Below, one piece after another: positions 28,844 to 38,081 of a stretch of 50,378 nt of DNA (position 1 is its first letter; every line of letters starts with the position of its first letter). A program made the translations under genes and the position numbers. The stretch lies in the IMG/VR virus record IMGVR_UViG_3300047550_006758, positions 1 to 50,378 of that record; one strand, 5' to 3'. The notes under the pieces are model-generated. The model made no database searches, was not told where the DNA came from, and saw only the letters and a program-made list of their open reading frames with translations. Origin of the DNA: a virus. Lineage: Duplodnaviria > Caudoviricetes.

Positions 28844-29506
28844 TTATACCTCTACTCCTCTGGTTAGCGAAAAGTAAGAGCGTAATTCCCGATCAGCCGT
28901 GTAAGCGTTATGCTCCGCCTCCTCTATTGCCTGCTCTAATGCTAGCGGGTCATATTCAGACATATCCCAGTCAACACAGTAATCGTTTGCCTTTGCAAGT
29001 AAATACTCGTATTTATCAATATCAACCATTAACTGGTAATAATTATCGCTGTAGTTTTTATATGGGATGTTATAAAGGTTAGCTCTTTCTATCTGCTCCT
29101 CCATAAATGCTTCTCTTGCCCTTAGACCGATTCTAGCAAATGTATCCTTAGCAGACGCAGGTAGTTGAGTGCTATAAGTTTTAGTTTGATAAAACTTAGG
29201 AATTTCTAATATATTAGCCGGTAATTGCTCTTTAGGTTTATGCTCGTTGAAGATTCTAACGGCTTCTCTTAATTGCTTAAGATTGGAAAATACTTGCGCA
29301 ACTTCTTTTTGGGGCAGTAGCATCTTTTTTAAGTATTCCTTGGCTTTAGCAATGCTGATTTCTTCTAAGCTCGGCATGGTAGATTCGCAATTATCATGGC
29401 TTCTTAATTCTATTGTACCATGACTTACCGAATTATTGATTTTCTCGTGATTTTTTGATTTAAAAAAAGACTCTTGACGTAAAGGTATTCTTAAGATATC
29501 TTGCAT
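28844..29506 (-). CDS. Hypothetical protein, first gene of the leftward early operon
   Basis: GGAGG RBS; 220 aa. Confidence 0.7.
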   Translation of the reverse strand: MQDILRIPLRQESFFKSKNHEKINNSVSHGTIELRSHDNCESTMPSLEEISIAKAKEYLKKMLLPQKEVAQVFSNLKQLREAVRIFNEHKPKEQLPANILEIPKFYQTKTYSTQLPASAKDTFARIGLRAREAFMEEQIERANLYNIPYKNYSDNYYQLMVDIDKYEYLLAKANDYCVDWDMSEYDPLALEQAIEEAEHNAYTADRELRSYFSLTRGVEV

Positions 29507-29594
29507 ATATCCTCCATTGATGGATAAAGTGGTTAAAAGTAAGAATTTATTAGATCAATCAAACTGTTTAATTCTTACGACTATATAAGATTCT

Positions 29595-29631
29595 AAAAAC
29601 GTCTTAAGCTCGTAACTTAAGGCGTTTTTTT
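29595..29631. terminator. Bidirectional intrinsic terminator / attenuator hairpin
   Basis: AAAAACGTCTTAAG-ctcgtaa-CTTAAGGCGTTTTTTT. Confidence 0.7.
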
Positions 29632-29646
29632 ATATCTTATAATGTG

Positions 29647-29674
29647 AGTATATAGAGATAAAGTTAAATGTCAA
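29647..29674 (-). promoter_or_regulatory. Leftward sigma70 promoter
   Basis: TTGACA-N16-TATACT on the minus strand. Confidence 0.6.
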
Positions 29675-29708
29675 GAGAATGTTTAAAAATATTTTTAAAA
29701 TATAAGTT

Positions 29709-30035
29709 CTAAGACAATATCTCCTTTGTGTTCTGTAGGTTGTTATAGTATTGACATATTTCATTAATCTTATTTTCATTAATTTTAAAATACACTACTC
29801 TCTCACCAGATTTTTTAAATCTTTCTACGACTTTATCTCTCTCAATATACTTCAAAGCATTATAAACACCTTGTCTAGACAAATGAGAGATTTCAGCTAG
29901 TGCATTAATACTTATTTTTATTATATTATTTTCTATAGGGGGCATAGCTACTAATGTTTTGAGTACAGATTTTGAAGCTGTATTATAAACATCATAGCTA
30001 TCAATAGCTTTTAAAATCATATCATTATCCTGCAT
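29709..30035 (-). CDS. Winged-HTH regulator (candidate repressor)
   Basis: ISINALAEISHLSRQGVYNALKYI HTH; divergent from Rep. Confidence 0.7.
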   Translation of the reverse strand: MQDNDMILKAIDSYDVYNTASKSVLKTLVAMPPIENNIIKISINALAEISHLSRQGVYNALKYIERDKVVERFKKSGERVVYFKINENKINEICQYYNNLQNTKEILS

Positions 30036-30188
30036 ATTACTTCCTGTATATTTTTTGTATATAATTGTTTTAATAAAATTTTCAACCTTTTAATTGACTA
30101 ATGAAATAAAACTATATAGCTTACATAACTATGTTTTCAATAATTACTATAGAGGATTTGTATGAAATAATGGAAGGACTAATATAAG

Positions 30189-30273
30189 AATCTGAACAAT
30201 TCTAATAAATAGGAAGCACGAAGAGAATTTTTTAAAGAAAAAAACTCCCCAAAAACTTACAATCTGAACAATT
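30189..30273 (+). repeat. 13-bp direct repeat AATCTGAACAATT x2 (possible operators)
   Basis: Copies at 30189 and 30261 in the divergent intergenic region. Confidence 0.5.
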
Positions 30274-30350
30274 GTGAGAATAAAATAATATTACCTAATA
30301 GTCAAGTTTTTTTCTTTAAAAATTTTAATAATTTACAATTTTTAAAGAGT

Positions 30351-31397
30351 ATGTCAAAAAAACAACAAGAATTAACCAACACAGAATTATACCAAAACCA
30401 GCTAGAAAAACTCTACTCTTTCAAAAATCAAAAGGCTTGCTATCGCAAGCATTATTTACCTTGGGATAATATAGAAAGAGCCCATAAAAAAGCTAATGTT
30501 GTTCGTAAAAAATCTTCTCTTATCAGTGGCACTGCTAATAGATTACTTAGTGCTGTTATGGGGAAACTTATCAAAGGCGAAAGAGTATTATTAAATCACA
30601 AATATATTTCTACTTTTACCTTTGTTGAAAGAAGACAGAATGTAAGAATTATTCAGGAATTAGAGGATATATTGGATATTACCTACCATAATTCTATTAC
30701 TCATGAAGGTAAAAAATATCGGTTTAGTTATGAATTTAATTATAAGAAACAAAAACAAGAAAATTTAGCTTTTTCTGGAGATTCTATCGAGACATTTTTG
30801 TCCCAACAAAATTATTCTCTCTATATATATAAAGAAAATAAGAATATTAAAAATATAGATCTAGAATCTAATTTTATACAAAATTCTAAAAGTTCTGTTT
30901 GTCCTAAAAAACCTACTAAGCTTAAAAAACGATTACCTAACGAACGGAAAAAACCGACTAATACCGAGCGTAAGACAAGAGTTTACCATTTTAATCAGTA
31001 CAAAGAGCCGCAAAACTTAAAGCACCATTACCCTTTGATTAAGGAAGATGGCGACAAGTTACAAAGCCTATCAGGGAGGGAATTTAGCCTAAATGCCATG
31101 AACCAAATACTCCTTGATATGTCCCAGCGGCTAGATAACAGGTTCTGCTCGAAAGCTCAATTTATAGCATATTTTGGTAAATGTTTGCGGTTTGAGATGC
31201 GCGATAGCGTAAAAACCTGCAATGATAACTTCCGCATAAAAGCTAATATTCCCAAGGAAGAGGTAAAGAAACCTAAGATAATCAATGAAGTAGCGGTAAG
31301 AGCCTATGACCTAGAGAATAGAACCACTGAAGGTTTTCAACTATTATCAATTGCTGTTGAAAATTTGTTAGTAAAAAGTAAGGCAATCATGGAATAA
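30351..31397 (+). CDS. Putative replication initiator, rickettsial plasmid DnaA-like Rep type
   Basis: N-terminal wHTH; SGREFSLNAMNQILLDMS...EMRDSVK..NDNFRIKAN block recalled from Rickettsia plasmid Rep proteins. Confidence 0.6.
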   Translation: MSKKQQELTNTELYQNQLEKLYSFKNQKACYRKHYLPWDNIERAHKKANVVRKKSSLISGTANRLLSAVMGKLIKGERVLLNHKYISTFTFVERRQNVRIIQELEDILDITYHNSITHEGKKYRFSYEFNYKKQKQENLAFSGDSIETFLSQQNYSLYIYKENKNIKNIDLESNFIQNSKSSVCPKKPTKLKKRLPNERKKPTNTERKTRVYHFNQYKEPQNLKHHYPLIKEDGDKLQSLSGREFSLNAMNQILLDMSQRLDNRFCSKAQFIAYFGKCLRFEMRDSVKTCNDNFRIKANIPKEEVKKPKIINEVAVRAYDLENRTTEGFQLLSIAVENLLVKSKAIME

Positions 31398-31503
31398 TTG
31401 CCCTACCTAAAAGTCTTCTAACCAAATCATGGAACTTATAACGTAACATGATTTTAAATTTTTACCAATAAAAAAGTGATCCCTAAATTAGTTAGAAAAA
31501 CTG

Positions 31504-31752
31504 TTAATGTATAAAAGTGTTTTTTAGCAGAATGCCTACAATTAACAAACCAATAGCCATAATCCATTTTATATTGGTATTAACTGATTCTATCTTAGAG
31601 TCAAGTTTTGTAATAGCAATATCTAGGTCTTGCTTAGTAACTAGTTCATTATTTTGGTTATTGATTGTTTCTACAATAACCTCGGCTTGTTCTTCGGTAA
31701 AGCCGTGTTGTATAAATTTTTTTACTGTAGCATGTGTATTAATAAGTGCCAT
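31504..31752 (-). CDS. DUF1640/CCDC90-like coiled-coil membrane-anchored protein
   Basis: NTH..VK....GFTEEQAE, LVTKQDL, C-terminal IKWIMAIGLLIVGILL. Confidence 0.8.
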   Translation of the reverse strand: MALINTHATVKKFIQHGFTEEQAEVIVETINNQNNELVTKQDLDIAITKLDSKIESVNTNIKWIMAIGLLIVGILLKNTFIH

Positions 31753-32101
31753 ATTATCCTTTTAAATTTAAGAGATTTTTCCTGCTTACTATAACACCAA
31801 ATTAAGCTTAATTCTACTGGGCTTTTAAGATTAAACATTAAACTAATATTATACAATTAATGGTTATAAGCCTTTTTCAATTTATTATGGATATCCTGTT
31901 CCTTATTATCAAGTACATTTATTACTTAAAAGATACAGTTATTCTCCTTTTAACAAATAATCAACACAAAATTTATCTCTCCTAAAATATGGATAATGCA
32001 CTCATTATCTATATTCCCAAGGGTATATACGATTTTGGGGAGAGCATTTTTCAAAAAATATCTGATACTATCAAATTTTTAATAATAGATGGTCAGTAGC
32101 C

Positions 32102-32422
32102 ATGCACTTAGTGTCTACGTTATTAGAACATATGTGTAATTTAAAAAAAATAGTAAGGCTATCTAGTTCCCAAAGAGACATATATTTATTTCTTATTATG
32201 AGAAACCAAAATTTTGAAAAACAATCGGTTTTATACGAAGAGTTTAATTCTTACATGCCTAAAGAAAGAAAAAATATTACTCCACATATACAAGCGCTAG
32301 ATCGTAAAAAGGTGCTGACCTTAACATATGATAAAACTTCTGTAAATGGACAAATATTCACTAACGTAATGCAGATCCAGCTGCATGCATTAGAAACAGT
32401 AAAATTGCTTTTAAAGAAATAA
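32102..32422 (+). CDS. Hypothetical protein, possibly wHTH
   Basis: LSSSQRDIYLFL...HIQALDRKKVL pattern. Confidence 0.5.
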   Translation: MHLVSTLLEHMCNLKKIVRLSSSQRDIYLFLIMRNQNFEKQSVLYEEFNSYMPKERKNITPHIQALDRKKVLTLTYDKTSVNGQIFTNVMQIQLHALETVKLLLKK

Positions 32423-32589
32423 ATGAGATAAAAACCTGTGTCTTACATCTTTTCCTTCTTCTTTCAAAAAATACGAACCAAGCTAGCATCAAGAGCTGAA
32501 TACAAACGTATTAAGAGAATAAGAAAGGTTTTGCAAGGTTATGCGATAAGGACTGGAATTAATCGGAATAACAACAAACTAAATAATTT

Positions 32590-32727
32590 ATGGAAGATAT
32601 AAGAATCGTAGCTAAAAGACTAAAGAGAATGACTAAAGCCGGAGATCAGACTTTACTCCACGGCATTTTCTGGGATGACTTGGATACATTAATAGATTTA
32701 ATTTTAGAAGAGGAAAAAGATGAGTAA
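32590..32727 (+). CDS. 45-aa hypothetical protein (MEDIRIVAKRLKRM...)
   Basis: Overlaps the start of 32720; absent from ORF track. Confidence 0.45.
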   Translation: MEDIRIVAKRLKRMTKAGDQTLLHGIFWDDLDTLIDLILEEEKDE

Positions 32728-34165
32728 GGCGGCAGTACTAAATTTTCCTGAACCAAAAGAGGCTCGTTTATATTACCTTGATAAAAAGACCAATAGACAT
32801 AAGAGGCTTTCTGACAATATTTTTAGGGATTTACAATATGTTACAAGACCTAACGATAGAAAAAAAAGGATTTCATTAAAAGCTAGAAATTTACTTACAA
32901 ATTTATTGCAGATGATTTTAAAGAATCCTCATAAAGAGGAGTTTGTAGATCATAAGTTTCTTTCTCAAATTACCGAAGTTTATTCAAGCAAGCAAAATGC
33001 AAATTTACTCGATCAAATAAGCGACATTATAGATTCCACCTATCATAGTTATATCAATTTTTATGGAAAAAATAGAACTTACGGTTATGTCATAAAATTA
33101 ACTGAAGATGGATACGAAAGAGCTAAAAATCCGGTAGCCTTTTATACTGATTCAAGTGAAAAAATTTTTCCATCCGAGTCGCAAAAAATTTCCACCCGGG
33201 TGAAAAAAAATTTCCAGTTATATAAAGATAAAGAAAACCCAGAAGAAGAGATAAACCATAGCTACGCTAATGGTTTTATCTCTGAAAAAGAAAAAAATTA
33301 TAAAAAAGAAAAACCCCACGAAGACAGGTACGCAACTTTTGCTCCTTGCTCTCGTGCGGAGCTGGAGCAAGTTGCTGCTCTGGTAGAAAATCAAAATAGC
33401 CAAAATGAGTCTGTCACAAATTGTGATGAACTCCAATCATCAAAGGAAATTCCAAAAATGAAACAAGACAATATTGCTCTACTCGCTGATGCACAGACAA
33501 GAAAAATGCTACTTTCTCAAGCTTTATGGAAGGCTTTTGGAGAGAAGCGATCAGGTGAAATACAGGATAATTGCATATTTAGGGAACTTGAACCTGATAA
33601 AGTCGGTATTTACACAGGAGATATGCTTTTAACCGACGTTGACAAGGATAAAATCCCCAAAGCCATTAAGTCGGTTTACGGTGAAAATGTTAAAATCACA
33701 GGATTAAGGCTTGCTTCTAAAGACAAGGAACAAGAACACCCGAGTAACGATAATTCACAAGTTGAAATAACCCAAAAGTCAAGACCCGAGAAGCAAGATT
33801 GGTTGAAATTCAAGTCTCTCATAATAACCAATAATCTAACGAGCATGCTAAATAACCCAATGCTAAAGGTTATTGAAACACCAGGCAAGGTGATTATAGA
33901 AACCATACCTTTTCTTATTGAAAGAATAACGGCTCCGGGGCATTTAGACGAACTTGAAAGAGTTATTCTTGAGACAGGTTTAACCTTGGAATTACACGGC
34001 AGAAATCCTCATCCTGAATATAAGAATTTTTATAAAGACCCAATAGTTCTAAGTCCTGAAAAAGTCTTAAAAGACCAAGGATTTAAAGAAAATTATAAAC
34101 CGCTGGTTTTAAGCGAAATACTTGAAGAAGCAAAAAGAAATAAAGAGGAACAAAACAATGAGTAA
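32720..34165 (+). CDS. Second replication initiator-like protein, N-terminal paralog of 30351-31397
   Basis: Shared pattern A..LL, HK.(L/I)S, QN, DI.D.TYH..I...GK....Y; internal 22-bp iterons. Confidence 0.6.
   Translation: MSKAAVLNFPEPKEARLYYLDKKTNRHKRLSDNIFRDLQYVTRPNDRKKRISLKARNLLTNLLQMILKNPHKEEFVDHKFLSQITEVYSSKQNANLLDQISDIIDSTYHSYINFYGKNRTYGYVIKLTEDGYERAKNPVAFYTDSSEKIFPSESQKISTRVKKNFQLYKDKENPEEEINHSYANGFISEKEKNYKKEKPHEDRYATFAPCSRAELEQVAALVENQNSQNESVTNCDELQSSKEIPKMKQDNIALLADAQTRKMLLSQALWKAFGEKRSGEIQDNCIFRELEPDKVGIYTGDMLLTDVDKDKIPKAIKSVYGENVKITGLRLASKDKEQEHPSNDNSQVEITQKSRPEKQDWLKFKSLIITNNLTSMLNNPMLKVIETPGKVIIETIPFLIERITAPGHLDELERVILETGLTLELHGRNPHPEYKNFYKDPIVLSPEKVLKDQGFKENYKPLVLSEILEEAKRNKEEQNNE
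33156..33221 (+). repeat. Three tandem 22-bp iteron-like repeats (candidate replication origin)
   Basis: GTGAAAAAATTTTTCCATCCGA / GTCGCAAAAAATTTCCACCCGG / GTGAAAAAAAATTTCCAGTTAT, then an A-rich tract. Confidence 0.6.
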
Positions 34166-34730
34166 ATGGAACAACTTTAACGATGCCGAGGATCAAATGT
34201 CTTATGAGCTAATACCGCATAAAACCATAGCTAAGGTTCAGTTATTACTTAAAAAAGGCAACCACGTTACAAAAGAGTGGCCAGACGGATACGCTACCTT
34301 AAGTAAATCGGGAAGTTGCATATATATTGCCTGTGAGTTTGTAATCTTAAGCGCTGAGTATGAGAACAGGAAAATCTGGAGCAATATCGGTCTTCATAGC
34401 GATAATTCCGAGAAATACGGCGAGATCGGCAGGAGCATGATTAAAGCCATTCTTAACTCTGCTCGCGGTTTGCATTCCAAGGATAAATCACCTGAGGCAG
34501 AAAAACAGAGACAGATTAAGAGCTTTGCCGATCTTGATAATTTACAGGTGGTAGCCGAAATTGCCATTAAGACATCAGGTGATCAACCCCGTAACGAGAT
34601 CAAGACCATTATTACTCCTGATCATGCCAGATATAGCGAGTTTATGGATGAGAAGAATGGTAAGTTTCCTATTAACTATAAACAAACTAATGATATTTTT
34701 GAAGAAGAAGAAAAATTACCATGGGTGTAA
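34158..34730 (+). CDS. Putative phage ssDNA-binding protein (DUF669-like, WO-phage type)
   Basis: WNNFNDAE.Q...LIP start, YENRKIW..IG, acidic tail ending LPWV; GAGG RBS before 34158. Confidence 0.6.
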   Translation: MSKWNNFNDAEDQMSYELIPHKTIAKVQLLLKKGNHVTKEWPDGYATLSKSGSCIYIACEFVILSAEYENRKIWSNIGLHSDNSEKYGEIGRSMIKAILNSARGLHSKDKSPEAEKQRQIKSFADLDNLQVVAEIAIKTSGDQPRNEIKTIITPDHARYSEFMDEKNGKFPINYKQTNDIFEEEEKLPWV

Positions 34731-35071
34731 TGATGAGCCAGGAAATACAACGATGCATTAGTAGTGTTTACAATGCAGTAGACCTTTTTAATACGTGTTA
34801 TGAATTTAATGAAATACGTTATTGGTTATTAAACAGTAATTTAGGCGGTAATGAAAATTACTTATCCTTGATATCTCAAATAGACAAGCAGAAGAAGTTA
34901 ATAACTAGGAATCTAACTCAGCTATCGGAATCGGTTGACGATCTTGAGATATCGATAAACCGGTGTAAACATTTGGTATTACTGGAAAGAGAGAAGAATC
35001 AGAAGTTTGCCAAACATTATCAGAAATATCATACAAAATTAAATAGAATAGAAAATGAAAGTAAAATGTGA
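34721..35071 (+). CDS. Hypothetical protein
   Basis: Overlapping operon gene. Confidence 0.55.
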   Translation: MGVMMSQEIQRCISSVYNAVDLFNTCYEFNEIRYWLLNSNLGGNENYLSLISQIDKQKKLITRNLTQLSESVDDLEISINRCKHLVLLEREKNQKFAKHYQKYHTKLNRIENESKM

Positions 35072-35351
35072 AGAAATTGTTATAGACCGTTATTTAAAAG
35101 GGAATATTAGAAATGAGTTTAAAGATGAGCTTTTATGGGTAATTAACGCAAGGTGTGATAATGAGCAATATTTAGAAGTATTATTTAGATTGTTAGAAGA
35201 CGAGAGCCAAGAAAAGCTTAGGATTCTGGAGACTATAGTAGAGATGATCAAAAAACAAGTGATTGCCGATAGCAGAGACGTTCAACTAAAAGATCCGAGA
35301 AAGCTTGTAAGTAAATTGATAGAGGAGTTAGAAAATGCACTGTCCGAATAA
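35055..35351 (+). CDS. Hypothetical protein
   Basis: Overlapping operon gene. Confidence 0.55.
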   Translation: MKVKCEEIVIDRYLKGNIRNEFKDELLWVINARCDNEQYLEVLFRLLEDESQEKLRILETIVEMIKKQVIADSRDVQLKDPRKLVSKLIEELENALSE

Positions 35352-35370
35352 AAATCAAAAGGATAAAGAT

Positions 35371-35970
35371 ATGAGAAAGAACAGAGGCGGTAGGCCTGAA
35401 ATAGTTTTAACCGATGAACAAATAGCGAAGGTAGAAGAACTTTCCGCTTACCTGAACTGTGAACAAATAGCAGATTATTTCGGTATTGATAGGGACACTT
35501 TTTTAGCTATTCGAAAACGCCAACCTGAAGTTCTTCGGCATTATAAAAAAGGGAAAGCGCATAAGATATACAAGTATGCTCAAAAGCTGGAACAAAAAGC
35601 AACGGGAATTGATGAAAGCGGTGATACAACGGCGATAATATTTTATCTTAAAACGCAAGCAGGTTGGTCAACTGAGAATAAAAACGATAATCAACCGGTT
35701 TGTTTGAAATTTTCTGACAAGCAAACACCAGCGGAAATACTTAATATTGGTTTTAATGCACTTAAGGAAGGTAAAATAGATTTTACTCAGATGCAGCAGA
35801 TAGGGAATTTAGCAATAACCAAAATGAATATAGAAAATAATGGCTCTCAGGATGATCAAGCAGTATACCAGCAAAGGAGTCGAGCAGAAGCGTTGGAATT
35901 TGCGGCTAAAATGAAAGAAGCTAGAGAAAACTTAAGGTTAATTAACGAAAGTAATACAAAGGCAAATTAG
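35371..35970 (+). CDS. Putative terminase small subunit
   Basis: GRP...HTH (EQIADYFGIDRDTF), YKKGKA, GDTTAIIFYLKTQAGW. Confidence 0.72.
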   Translation: MRKNRGGRPEIVLTDEQIAKVEELSAYLNCEQIADYFGIDRDTFLAIRKRQPEVLRHYKKGKAHKIYKYAQKLEQKATGIDESGDTTAIIFYLKTQAGWSTENKNDNQPVCLKFSDKQTPAEILNIGFNALKEGKIDFTQMQQIGNLAITKMNIENNGSQDDQAVYQQRSRAEALEFAAKMKEARENLRLINESNTKAN

Positions 35971-36059
35971 GGCATGACATGTTTAAATAATATATTTAAG
36001 ACAATAGATTATATAATTTAGGATAAGCGATAAGATAACCGTTATGTTTTATAAAAAAG

Positions 36060-36350
36060 ATGAGCGAAGATAATAAGGATCAGGCTAGTGAAAGCCCGGA
36101 AGAAGGCCAAGAAGATAAAAAGAAAAGGCTTTATGCAATTAATGGCAGTGATGGCATAATATCACTCTATAAAAAACCTAAAGCAAGTGCTATTGATGTA
36201 AAGAATAAAGATATCGATCTGGAAATGAAGCAAGATCAACGTGCAGCATTTGCCAGGTATAGAGAGTTAGTCAAAGCTCGCAGGGAAAGAGAGAAGTTAC
36301 GTCCCAGAGAACCAGAAGTATATCATCACGACCTCTATAAAAAATCATGA
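36060..36350 (+). CDS. Hypothetical charged protein
   Basis: 96-aa ORF on the operon strand. Confidence 0.55.
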   Translation: MSEDNKDQASESPEEGQEDKKKRLYAINGSDGIISLYKKPKASAIDVKNKDIDLEMKQDQRAAFARYRELVKARREREKLRPREPEVYHHDLYKKS

Positions 36351-36423
36351 GAAAAGCATGATAGCTAAAGCCTATGGTATAATTACTTTAGAGTAAATAA
36401 GAAGGTAAAGTAATTAAAAAAAC

Positions 36424-37305
36424 ATGTTAAATGTTCTAGATATTTTCTCTGGGATAGGGGGATTTTCAATAGGATTGGAAGCTGGAGGAATGCAGACAGT
36501 TGCTTTTTGTGAGATTAATCCGTTCTGCCGGAAAATACTAACAAAACACTGGCCATCCGTACCGATATTTACTGATATTACCACTATACATAAGGAAGAC
36601 TTAAAAGCTCTGCCAAGAATTGACTTAATTGCAGGGGGTTTTCCCTGTCAGGATATATCGGTAGCAGGTAAAGGAGGCGGTATTAATGCTAAGCGCTCAG
36701 GATTATGGAAAGAATTTGCGAGGCTAATCAATGAAATCAGACCCAAATATGCAATTATCGAAAACGTGGCAAACCTTCGAAGTACAGGGCTTATCAGCGT
36801 CCTGCAAGATTTATGGGCGATCGGGTACGATGCAGAATGGCATTGTATACCGGCTTCCGCCTTTGGCGCACCTCACAGACGGGATAGGATATGGATTATT
36901 GCCCACCCCGCTTGCATCGGCAAAGTCGGATTGCCCATCGGAAAGGAAGAGGCGGAATCCAAACTTGGAGGCGGTAGTGAAGATGTTTCCGACACCGATA
37001 AGCAGGGATTACAAGGATGTAGGGGATTTAGAGAAATTAGCCAAATATGCGCACAAGAGCAGGTTAGCATGTATCGTCGCAGCCGAGGCATTAAGCAATG
37101 GGGTAAAGAACCTTTAGAAGCTCCGAGATTAAAAGATGAGAGACTGAATCCTGATTGGGTGGAATGGCTTATGGGCTATCCTATTAGCTGGACAAATGGA
37201 GGAAGTCGCAAGCAGCGTTTACAATCACTGGGGAATGCAGTAGTACCTTTAATCCCAGAGTTTTTAGGAAAAGTGGTATTAGATCATTATACTAATATAC
37301 AGTAA
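36424..37305 (+). CDS. dcm: DNA (cytosine-5) methyltransferase
   Basis: FSGIGG (I), GFPCQ (IV), ENV (VI), HRRDR (VIII), LMGYP (IX), LGNAVVP (X). Confidence 0.95.
   Translation: MLNVLDIFSGIGGFSIGLEAGGMQTVAFCEINPFCRKILTKHWPSVPIFTDITTIHKEDLKALPRIDLIAGGFPCQDISVAGKGGGINAKRSGLWKEFARLINEIRPKYAIIENVANLRSTGLISVLQDLWAIGYDAEWHCIPASAFGAPHRRDRIWIIAHPACIGKVGLPIGKEEAESKLGGGSEDVSDTDKQGLQGCRGFREISQICAQEQVSMYRRSRGIKQWGKEPLEAPRLKDERLNPDWVEWLMGYPISWTNGGSRKQRLQSLGNAVVPLIPEFLGKVVLDHYTNIQ
36731..37117 (+). CDS. Overprinted alternative-frame polypeptide of the methylase (beta-subunit/TRD-like)
   Basis: GAGG upstream; SGTMQNG..Y, LLPTP.AS and FPTP.SRDYKD repeats typical of C5-MTase variable regions. Confidence 0.6.
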   Translation: MKSDPNMQLSKTWQTFEVQGLSASCKIYGRSGTMQNGIVYRLPPLAHLTDGIGYGLLPTPLASAKSDCPSERKRRNPNLEAVVKMFPTPISRDYKDVGDLEKLAKYAHKSRLACIVAAEALSNGVKNL

Positions 37306-37360
37306 CCGATATATCTTAAAGAATCTAAAGTGTATTGCTTTTTCTATTTATATACTGTAT

Positions 37361-37380
37361 TGTACAATCATGTACAACAT
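37361..37380 (+). repeat. 10-bp tandem repeats upstream of parA
   Basis: TGTACAATCA TGTACAACAT. Confidence 0.55.
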
Positions 37381-37394
37381 AATACTATCCTAAA

Positions 37395-38021
37395 ATGGCA
37401 CATATAATATCTATTACTCAAACAAAAGGAGGAGCTACTAAAACAACAAGTAGTATAAACATACTAGGTGCATTATTAGAAAAAGGTAAAAAAGCAATAT
37501 TATGTGATATGGATAAAGATAAACCAGATGCAATATTCTGGGCTGATTTAGGTACTACTTTAAATAATTTTGTAATTCCTTTGTACGAAGACAACCCGAA
37601 GCCTAAATTAGAACTTTTAAGTAAAGAGTATGACTTTATTATTATAGATACTCCTCCCAATATGCAGGCAGCTGCACTTAAAGCTACAATACTCTCAGAT
37701 TTTATTATTATACCCTGTTCGGTTTCAGAATTAGATAAAAACGCTTTAAATCAAGCCGCTTCAGCCGCTATGCTAGCAAATAAGCCTTATTCTTTCTTAG
37801 CTTCTAGAACAACAAAGCATACTAATTCCACTAGAGATTTATTAGAACAGATAGCAGAAACAGGCTTATATTTTAAGACTAATATTACTAATAGTGTTGA
37901 TATGATTGAATGTCAAAAATACGGTCAATGGGTAGGAACTTATAAACCAAATTGTAAGAATCATATACAGTACCAATCTTTAATCGAAGAGTTAATTACA
38001 AAATTAGATACTATAAGATAG
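37395..38021 (+). CDS. parA: ParA-family partition ATPase (short, plasmid type Ib)
   Basis: KGGATKTT deviant Walker A, IIIDTPP Walker B; no N-terminal HTH. Confidence 0.92.
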   Translation: MAHIISITQTKGGATKTTSSINILGALLEKGKKAILCDMDKDKPDAIFWADLGTTLNNFVIPLYEDNPKPKLELLSKEYDFIIIDTPPNMQAAALKATILSDFIIIPCSVSELDKNALNQAASAAMLANKPYSFLASRTTKHTNSTRDLLEQIAETGLYFKTNITNSVDMIECQKYGQWVGTYKPNCKNHIQYQSLIEELITKLDTIR

Positions 38022-38060
38022 TACAATATTGTATTACCATGTACAACATTGTACAATACA
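38021..38060 (+). repeat. Four 10-bp tandem repeats (candidate centromere)
   Basis: GTACAATATT GTATTACCAT GTACAACATT GTACAATACA. Confidence 0.6.
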
Positions 38061-38081
38061 TTACTTAATTAGATTATATTT

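Noticed and set aside
32438-32602. 54-codon GTG-start ORF
   Set aside because: No RBS or motif; cannot be supported
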